Part shown: positions 57,527 through 64,000 of the stretch, in pieces
Position numbering within the stretch: position 1 is the first letter of the stretch
Layout of the letters: every line of letters begins with the position of its first letter
Virus record (IMG/VR): IMGVR_UViG_3300010345_000473
Direction: 5' to 3' (one strand)
DNA from: an uncultured virus (IMG/VR IMGVR_UViG_3300010345_000473)
Lineage: Duplodnaviria; Heunggongvirae; Uroviricota; Caudoviricetes
DNA length: 64,000 bases
Position numbers and translations under genes: made by a program
The notes under the pieces: model-generated
What the model was told of the DNA's origin: nothing
What the model saw: the letters and a program-made list of their open reading frames with translations, nothing else
Database searches by the model: none

Positions 57527-58208
57527 GCTTGGCGGCCGATTCGTTTCTCTTGAACTGGAACAACAGGACATTGTTGATGTGATCACCGAGGATGCACTTC
57601 CCGAGTTCACTCGATATATTCCTGATATGAACTTCATCATGCTCAATCGACACGATGTGTCACTTCGTGTGAATCCGAAGATCGAAAACCTCTTCTGGGT
57701 AAAGGATCCCGATGGACGGCGTGTTCTCACAATTCTTGATGCGATTCCCGATCTCGGATCACAGATGGTTCATGGTTATCCACTCTTCATGCCAATCACG
57801 TCGTTTGAAGATGTGGACGATATTGCTTTACAGATTCAAATATCTGAACTTGCCATGCGCTTCAGCAAGAATGATCTCACGTGGAGTCAGGAACGAGAGC
57901 TCAATCAGATATGGCTCTATGCCATCGATAGTCTCTGCACGGACTTCAAGATCGAATACACACGCGAGCATAATCCAGATCTCTCGACGATTCCCATTGA
58001 GCATGAAGCTTTGTTTAAGGATCTATGCCGGGCTCATGTCATGGAGAACATCGGTGAGATTCGCAAAAAGTATGGCACATTATCCACACCCATGGGGGAG
58101 ATTGCCATCAACACGGAGATTTCTTCCGAGGGAAAAGAGTTGCATAACACAGCGATCGAGGAACTCAAGAAGAACGAAACTGTGTATGTCAACGTGATGG
58201 TGGGGTGA
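57486..58208 (+). CDS. Neck / head-tail connector protein (T4 gp13-like)
   Basis: YINRKLGGRFVSLELEQQDIVDVI and FKDLCRAHVMENIGEIRKKY..TPMGEIAIN..EGKE resemble gp13 termini. Confidence 0.7.
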   Translation: MLTIAKTLGYINRKLGGRFVSLELEQQDIVDVITEDALPEFTRYIPDMNFIMLNRHDVSLRVNPKIENLFWVKDPDGRRVLTILDAIPDLGSQMVHGYPLFMPITSFEDVDDIALQIQISELAMRFSKNDLTWSQERELNQIWLYAIDSLCTDFKIEYTREHNPDLSTIPIEHEALFKDLCRAHVMENIGEIRKKYGTLSTPMGEIAINTEISSEGKELHNTAIEELKKNETVYVNVMVG

Positions 58209-58214
58209 GTCGAT

Positions 58215-58592
58215 ATGTCGGATAAACCCATTCTCCCAGATATGGCGGATACAATGACACCAGAGATGCAACTCGATGCACTACTCAACGAGATTCGTGG
58301 CGATGAACAAGACCTCGAAACGATGATCCGAGATGTGTCGGAAACCACCAAGCTCGTCAAAACAAAACTCGATGTGTACCTCCAGCCAGGGACGGCGAAT
58401 CATTCGATCTTCTTTAATGGCGTACCTGATATCATCCAGGCATATAGCCGACTTGCGGGTATCACCATTGATGCCCGATTCAAATCCGCGGGGCTCAAGA
58501 AAGCACGGGCCAAGATCATCATCGATCGGATGACTGGAAAGGGTGCGGCGGAAGACGAGCTCACCTTCGAAAGTCTGATGAATGGGAATTGA
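58215..58592 (+). CDS. Hypothetical helical protein
   Basis: 125-aa ORF. Confidence 0.6.
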   Translation: MSDKPILPDMADTMTPEMQLDALLNEIRGDEQDLETMIRDVSETTKLVKTKLDVYLQPGTANHSIFFNGVPDIIQAYSRLAGITIDARFKSAGLKKARAKIIIDRMTGKGAAEDELTFESLMNGN

Positions 58593-58628
58593 CGTTCCCG
58601 CAATTAAAGTGAAAGGTGCGAAGAGAGT

Positions 58629-59369
58629 ATGACTGTTAAAACGAGCAAAACCACCGACGCTTCCCTTCGTTGTCCCGGATGTGGCGCGCGGATCGAGGAG
58701 TCCGCGGATTTTGATGGCATGTGTGAGATGTGTCATTGTAAGCTGCGGACGGAGATTGAGTACGCGAGTGATCTGTCGGGAGTCAAGCTGCTTCGAGATG
58801 GTGTTCGGATGATGCTTGATGGTCTGCATAAGCTCTATGGCATCGATCCCGACGATGCGAACTTCAAAGATACACCTGAACGAGTGGCTCGTCTCATGAT
58901 GGAGATGAATTATGGGACCAACGAACAGGCGGCCAAAGATATCCTGACATCGAGTGCGTTCCCGTCGAGTTACACGGGACTCATCGCTTCGGATAATATC
59001 CGGTGTTATGCACTCTGTCCACATCATATGGTAGTCGTCCAGCTGGATGTGAATATCGCATATGTTCCTGGTCCGCGTATGGTGGGGTTGAGTAAGATCG
59101 CTCGGTTTGCGGAAACACTGGCGGCGAGTATGATCCTTCAGGAGGAGTACACACATCGACTTGCCTCACTCTTCAAGGAGTGCACCGATGCGTTGGGTGT
59201 GGGAGTCATTGTGGTGGGGAAACACAATTGTGTGGCGGCACGAGGTGTGAAGAAGCCTGATGTGGATAATATCACGTCGGAACTGAATGGTATCTTTATG
59301 ATGAACAGCTCATTGAAGCAAGAGTGGATGGATCTTGTGAAGATGACCAAGATGTTGCGCGCAAACTAG
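58629..59369 (+). CDS. folE: GTP cyclohydrolase I FolE with an N-terminal zinc ribbon
   Basis: DTPERVAR, LCPHH, VGLSKIARF, LQE, HNCVAARGV; extra CPGC..CEMC. Confidence 0.95.
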   Translation: MTVKTSKTTDASLRCPGCGARIEESADFDGMCEMCHCKLRTEIEYASDLSGVKLLRDGVRMMLDGLHKLYGIDPDDANFKDTPERVARLMMEMNYGTNEQAAKDILTSSAFPSSYTGLIASDNIRCYALCPHHMVVVQLDVNIAYVPGPRMVGLSKIARFAETLAASMILQEEYTHRLASLFKECTDALGVGVIVVGKHNCVAARGVKKPDVDNITSELNGIFMMNSSLKQEWMDLVKMTKMLRAN

Positions 59370-59378
59370 GCGAGACAA

Positions 59379-59421
59379 GCGGAGGAGCTCAAGCGTATAC
59401 ACAAAGCCTGAGCTCCTCCGC
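59379..59421. terminator. Hairpin between convergent genes
   Basis: GCGGAGGAGCTCA / TGAGCTCCTCCGC 13-bp stem. Confidence 0.65.
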
Positions 59422-59434
59422 ATCTTCTTGCGTT

Positions 59435-61576
59435 CTAGGACATCTTGTGAATCGTTGTATCGGTTACCACACGAACATCAACCACGTCACCTGGATCCAA
59501 CAGAGACCGAAGCGCCGAGGACAAAGAAATCGACACAGCATCGGCATCTCCATCACTATTCGCATCAATATATGACACGGCAACATCTCCCGCGGCCAAT
59601 GTCTGAGGAATGCCACGGTTTGGATACAGGACCACCGATGTGACATTATATGGGATGCCAGACATGGTGAACGATGCTTGTACAGGATTTTGTGCGATGA
59701 TTGTTGTACTAAACTCGTTATTACTTGCAGCGGGTACATTTTTGAGGTTTGCGTAATCAACCTGTGCCTGCCCCGGAGTCTGCAACTCGAGCTTCGTATA
59801 TGCATCGGGAATCGTGGGCGACCCTGTCAGGTTCGCATAGTTGACAATGGCTTGCCCCGCGGTTTGTAGCTCGGTCTTTGTATACGCATCAGGAATGGTG
59901 GGTTTGTTTGTGAGGTTCGCATAGTTCACAGTGGATTGCCCAGCCACTTGGAGTTCTGTTTTTGTGTATGCATCAGGAATCGTGGGTACACCCGTCAGAT
60001 TTGCATAGCTGACTGTTGCTTGACCCGCGGTCTGTAGATCGTTCTTTGTATATGCATCAGGAATCGTGGGTGCATTTGTGATGTTGTCATAATGCATCGA
60101 TGCTTGCCCAGGTGTTTGCATTTGTGTCTTCGTATATGCATCGGGAATCGTGGGCGACCCTGTCAGGTTCGCATAGTTGACAATGGCTTGCCCCGCGGTT
60201 TGTAGCTCGGTCTTTGTATACGCATCAGGAATGGTGGGTTTGTTTGTGATGTTATTCCAATGCATCTGTGATTGTCCCGCGGTTTGCATCTGTGTTTGTG
60301 TATACACAGTCGGGATCGAGATGCCCGCCACCGCCTGGTGCAATGCATCGAGGGCCTGTTGTACGTTGGTCACAGGTGTGGTTCCAATGGTAGCAAAATA
60401 TCCAATCTGTGCCGCGGGACGCACACTGACGTTGGCACCCGAAATCACATTTCCAGAAAGGTTTCTGATGCCATCGATGTACAGATACGCTGTACCGCCC
60501 ACCACGTTCCCTGTCACGAACATATCAATGAGCTCGTGTGGTTCGTTGGCTGTAGCCATTGTGTTATATGTGATGGCCACTGTACCCGCGGTGTTCATCA
60601 CTGTGGTGTTGCTCATCTTTGTGACGCCGCCGCCCACCAGCACAGTAGGAGCTGCCACAGCATCGCCCACAATAACACAATCCGACACAAGGAGTTTTCC
60701 GTTTCCTGTAACAATCGTGTTTGATGTACCAGACGATGTGATTTCGCAGTCACAGAGCACCACAGTCCCTGTGTTTGTGATGGAGATTGGTGCGACTGAT
60801 GCTCCAGACGCCGTCACAACTGATGTTTCCATGGACACCGACATATTTGTGTTATACAGAATCCGAGATGTAAACACACATTTTGAAATGTCATGCTTGT
60901 CGTTGATGGTGACAATGTTGGTGAACTTCACGTTACTGAAAAGGCCATTCGTTGCTCCGGATGTTGTCACTGTTCCAGAGATAGTGGTGACTCCCCGATC
61001 GAGCCCCACAATAGAAACGTTGCCCACAAGGATCACATCATCGACATATGTGCCGGGCATCAGAAACAACACATACGCGCTCCCGGTAATCTGTGCGCTG
61101 ACCGCATCGGGGATCTGCTTAAACGGGTATAAAACGGTCCCATCGGCTGTGTAGCTGTCTTGTCGGCCGGCATCCACATAAACAACCTTTGACACACCCA
61201 GGCGGATGCTCGTGGTGTTTTGGTCGGTGATCTTGATCCAGGATCCATTGTTATATACGTACTCCGCAAATCCTGAACCAACTGTGGGGTCCTCTGAGGC
61301 ATCGAGAACGAATACTGGATGCCCTGTAAACAGATCGGCGATGTTGTTTCGCGCAGTGATGTTTTGAACGATGGTGATGCCGCCCACCGCGGAAGTTGGC
61401 AACTGATCCATGGGGACCTTACCATCCGATCCAAGAGAAGCATATCCATAGGGTTGACCGAGTTCACTTCGGAGCTGATATCGTGTATCAAACTCGGCGT
61501 ACTGTGACTTTTCCGCATCAGGAATATTCATTGTCAGAAATCCAAGATTATTTTTGAACCCAATATTTGATGTCAT
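59435..61576 (-). CDS. Tail fibre/spike-like virion protein with a beta-helix domain and 28-aa repeats
   Basis: GYASLGSDGKVPMDQLP; VYVDAG..DGTVLYPFKQI..MPGTY beta-helix start; about 7 repeats of DAYTKTELQTAGQAxVNYANLTGxPTIP. Confidence 0.7.
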   Translation of the reverse strand: MTSNIGFKNNLGFLTMNIPDAEKSQYAEFDTRYQLRSELGQPYGYASLGSDGKVPMDQLPTSAVGGITIVQNITARNNIADLFTGHPVFVLDASEDPTVGSGFAEYVYNNGSWIKITDQNTTSIRLGVSKVVYVDAGRQDSYTADGTVLYPFKQIPDAVSAQITGSAYVLFLMPGTYVDDVILVGNVSIVGLDRGVTTISGTVTTSGATNGLFSNVKFTNIVTINDKHDISKCVFTSRILYNTNMSVSMETSVVTASGASVAPISITNTGTVVLCDCEITSSGTSNTIVTGNGKLLVSDCVIVGDAVAAPTVLVGGGVTKMSNTTVMNTAGTVAITYNTMATANEPHELIDMFVTGNVVGGTAYLYIDGIRNLSGNVISGANVSVRPAAQIGYFATIGTTPVTNVQQALDALHQAVAGISIPTVYTQTQMQTAGQSQMHWNNITNKPTIPDAYTKTELQTAGQAIVNYANLTGSPTIPDAYTKTQMQTPGQASMHYDNITNAPTIPDAYTKNDLQTAGQATVSYANLTGVPTIPDAYTKTELQVAGQSTVNYANLTNKPTIPDAYTKTELQTAGQAIVNYANLTGSPTIPDAYTKLELQTPGQAQVDYANLKNVPAASNNEFSTTIIAQNPVQASFTMSGIPYNVTSVVLYPNRGIPQTLAAGDVAVSYIDANSDGDADAVSISLSSALRSLLDPGDVVDVRVVTDTTIHKMS
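59745..60315 (-). repeat. 84-bp tandem coding repeats (about 7 units)
   Basis: 59793-59913 is repeated at 60129-60249 (offset 336 = 4 x 84). Confidence 0.85.
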
Positions 61577-61751
61577 TGTTTTGTTTCCTCCTCTATGAAG
61601 ATATATTGTTAAGACGTCCGGCCATGAGTATCCGGATGCGCACGAACAATATTCGATGTCGGCGGACCCCCATGTGGAGTGTTCCGTCTTTCATTTGTTT
61701 TCGACATGTGGGTCGTTTTGCATCATCATGATGAAAGGGGCTGTTTGTTTT

Positions 61752-63095
61752 ATGGCAAAGCGTCGGGAAGCGTCTTCAGAGTATGCAGATATGTCGGAAC
61801 ATGATGCGATCTCTTCAGCAATCTTTGATGTGATCAAGGAGGATGAGGAAAACCTTCCCAAGCAGATTCTCGTCTCCACGGGCAATTCGGTAATCGACAT
61901 GATCACGGGCGGCGGGTTTCGAACAGGCACCATTGCCATGCTGACTGGAGCAAGTCAATCGGGAAAGTCCACACTGGCCGCACAGATCACTGGAAACGCA
62001 TCCAAGGTGTTTACGAACCCATACGCGTACTATAACGACAGTGAACAGACCATGTCAAATGAACGACTTGCTTCGCTTGGTTGTCCCGTGGATAACGAAC
62101 GATTCTTTGCTACACATATTTCGTTGTCGCTTGAGAAGTTCTTTGCTGCGCTTTTTAAGTTTGGTGCCATCAAAGAACAGTTCAAGACCACCGATGTTCC
62201 CATGATTGTGACGGGTGATAGTTTGGATTCCATGCCTTCGGAGAAGGAGATCGAAGTCGATACTCCAGACAGGGCTGTGGGTCTCCGTGCGAAGATCCTG
62301 AAGTTCTATTTCAGGAAATCGCTTCGGATGATTCGGCAGTACAATATTCTACTCATGTTTGTGGCGCACATCACAAAAACCCTTCGGATGGATCCATATG
62401 AATCATACACACCACAGTTGCCCACGTTGGGTGATCTCAATATCAGTGGTGGACAAGCTGTACAGTTCTTCCCGCACACGACTCTGTTTATGCGGCCACG
62501 AATGACAAAGGCGAACGAAAAAGACTTGCTGGAAATTGGATGCTCGTCGAGTTCATATAAGGTTGATGTCACCACCCTCAAATGCAAGAATGTGCCGCTC
62601 AAAATCACAGGAACCGTGGTATTCGAACCAAACATCGGATTCCTGGAAACCGAGACCAGAATCGTCAACATGTTTGATGACGATTGGTTGCCTGGTGCCA
62701 ACAAGAAGTATCTGCCCAACTGTCCGGATCAGAAGTTTTACATGAAGGAGCTTCGTGATTTGTTACGAGACCCATCATTCAACGCACAATTCGATGTGGC
62801 ATGGCAAATGTATCTTGATTGGAAATATGGGTCTACTATCTCAAAAATGAATGCATTGTCTGTGGATGTGGGTGATGCGGCGGGCGCACTCGAGATGCTC
62901 AACGACGACGCGCAGGTTCGTGTTATCGATGCCATGGCAGATGCTGGGACATCCACATCAACGGCAACATTCCCCACACCACAGCCCATGGCAGCACCAG
63001 TCATGCCACAAATCACAAACACCGGGATCCCACAAACAAGTCTCGATGATATGTTTGGTCCAAAAACCATGCCTGTATATAGAGAGGAGAGCTGA
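61752..63095 (+). CDS. recA: RecA/UvsX-family recombinase
   Basis: STGNSVIDMITGGG, Walker A GASQSGKST, DSEQT, DSLD, SGGQAVQF. The ATG at 61752 follows GAAAGGGG. Confidence 0.88.
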   Translation: MAKRREASSEYADMSEHDAISSAIFDVIKEDEENLPKQILVSTGNSVIDMITGGGFRTGTIAMLTGASQSGKSTLAAQITGNASKVFTNPYAYYNDSEQTMSNERLASLGCPVDNERFFATHISLSLEKFFAALFKFGAIKEQFKTTDVPMIVTGDSLDSMPSEKEIEVDTPDRAVGLRAKILKFYFRKSLRMIRQYNILLMFVAHITKTLRMDPYESYTPQLPTLGDLNISGGQAVQFFPHTTLFMRPRMTKANEKDLLEIGCSSSSYKVDVTTLKCKNVPLKITGTVVFEPNIGFLETETRIVNMFDDDWLPGANKKYLPNCPDQKFYMKELRDLLRDPSFNAQFDVAWQMYLDWKYGSTISKMNALSVDVGDAAGALEMLNDDAQVRVIDAMADAGTSTSTATFPTPQPMAAPVMPQITNTGIPQTSLDDMFGPKTMPVYREES

Positions 63096-63101
63096 TTCGG
63101 T

Positions 63102-63701
63102 ATGGCTAGCAATCAACTATTTTCCATCGATATCAAAATTGAACCAAACTGTGGCAAATATCTGCTTTCTCTACACAACAACAAACGGCAGGGTGCACTT
63201 CCGCAGGATGTTGTCACCCAAATGATCCAATCGTTTTCGCATGATGCGGAACAGAAGTGGCGAAACAGCATCATGGAACTTATCAGTTCATATAATGACC
63301 GATGCAAAGAATTCGTTTTGTCCGAGCTGTTTGAACCACACGAGTCTATGAGTATGGTGCGATACTCAGACAAAGAGGAACCTGGACATGCGATTCATGC
63401 GGTGGAGGATCCATCGTTTCGTCGCACTGTGGTTTCTGTTCGGCAGAAACGAGATCGATTGATGCTCACAGAAAGTCAGGGCATCGAACTGATTCGTGTG
63501 ATGAAAGAGATGTCGACGAAGAGCAATGAGTTGTTTTTCACCATCGTTGCGATGTTCGACATCTACCCATCATGCCAGTTTTATTTCAATTCGGGAAGGA
63601 TGTATTTCGCCAATCGGTCTTTTGTTGGTGTCAATCTGGACACCGCTCGCGCCGCACGGGCGATCCAGTTTGTGAATCACATCAACGCAAATCTACAATA
63701 G
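63102..63701 (+). CDS. Hypothetical protein
   Basis: 199-aa ORF with GAGGAG RBS. Confidence 0.6.
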   Translation: MASNQLFSIDIKIEPNCGKYLLSLHNNKRQGALPQDVVTQMIQSFSHDAEQKWRNSIMELISSYNDRCKEFVLSELFEPHESMSMVRYSDKEEPGHAIHAVEDPSFRRTVVSVRQKRDRLMLTESQGIELIRVMKEMSTKSNELFFTIVAMFDIYPSCQFYFNSGRMYFANRSFVGVNLDTARAARAIQFVNHINANLQ

Positions 63702-64000
63702 ATGACACCATTTCTCTCGGATTGGTGGTACGTCGATGTGGCCGACGTACCACCTAACACATATAACGACCTCACGCTTCTTGTAAACAATCCCAACGAC
63801 ATGGCTGCGGAACAGGTGTACGTTCCGATCTGGGCCTATGCGAATCCAGAACAAACCGTAGTGGCCATCCCACGATACTGTTCTCTGGGATTGAAGTTGA
63901 TACAGCATCCCGCCGCCACAGATACTCGATCAGAGGGGGAACCCATTGATATTGAATTGCGTCCCGAATTCCCGCCTCGGAATCGATATCAGGAACAGGC
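63702..64000 (+). CDS. Probable SF2 (UvsW/A18-like) helicase, N-terminus only, truncated by the window edge
   Basis: Open frame MTPFLSDWW...VAIPRY...EFPPRNRYQEQA ends in a Q-motif-like segment. Confidence 0.5.
   Translation, partial: MTPFLSDWWYVDVADVPPNTYNDLTLLVNNPNDMAAEQVYVPIWAYANPEQTVVAIPRYCSLGLKLIQHPAATDTRSEGEPIDIELRPEFPPRNRYQEQ

Noticed and set aside
58215..58592. Terminase small subunit
   Set aside because: Size and helicity fit, but there is no motif support and no adjacent large terminase.
1..64000. Alternative genetic code or GATC/ATCGAT over-representation
   Set aside because: Genes end in TAA, TAG and TGA with full-length ORFs. The k-mer impression cannot be supported without counting.

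Overview
This is a 64-kb segment of a large (jumbo-type) tailed dsDNA phage genome. It is gene-dense, mostly on the + strand, uses the standard genetic code and has strong GGAGG-type RBSs. It encodes two distinct multi-subunit (double-psi beta-barrel) RNA polymerases. RNAP-1 has an unsplit beta' carrying a 310-aa intein in the trigger loop, and an unsplit beta with a long N-terminal extension. RNAP-2 has an unsplit beta' and a beta split in two. Alongside these is a T4-like replication/recombination kit: clamp loader, probable clamp, DnaG-type primase, AEP-like protein, 5'-3' exonuclease, Mre11/Rad50, RecA/UvsX, type IIA topoisomerase A and B, ATP ligase and a truncated SF2 helicase. A dispersed 7-deazaguanine pathway is present (folE, queD, queC, a degenerate GATase-QueC fusion, a DUF6884-like protein, a DUF5664 dATP/dGTP diphosphohydrolase), but queE and dpdA are not in the window. 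Five tRNAs probably all read A-ending codons, and an unexplained structured RNA lies inside the tRNA cluster. Virion genes (neck, tail-fibre-like), a 47-bp IS200/IS605-end remnant, a 166-bp-period repeat with a distant third motif copy, and several long intergenic hairpins are also present. All calls come from reading motifs by eye; no database searches were run.
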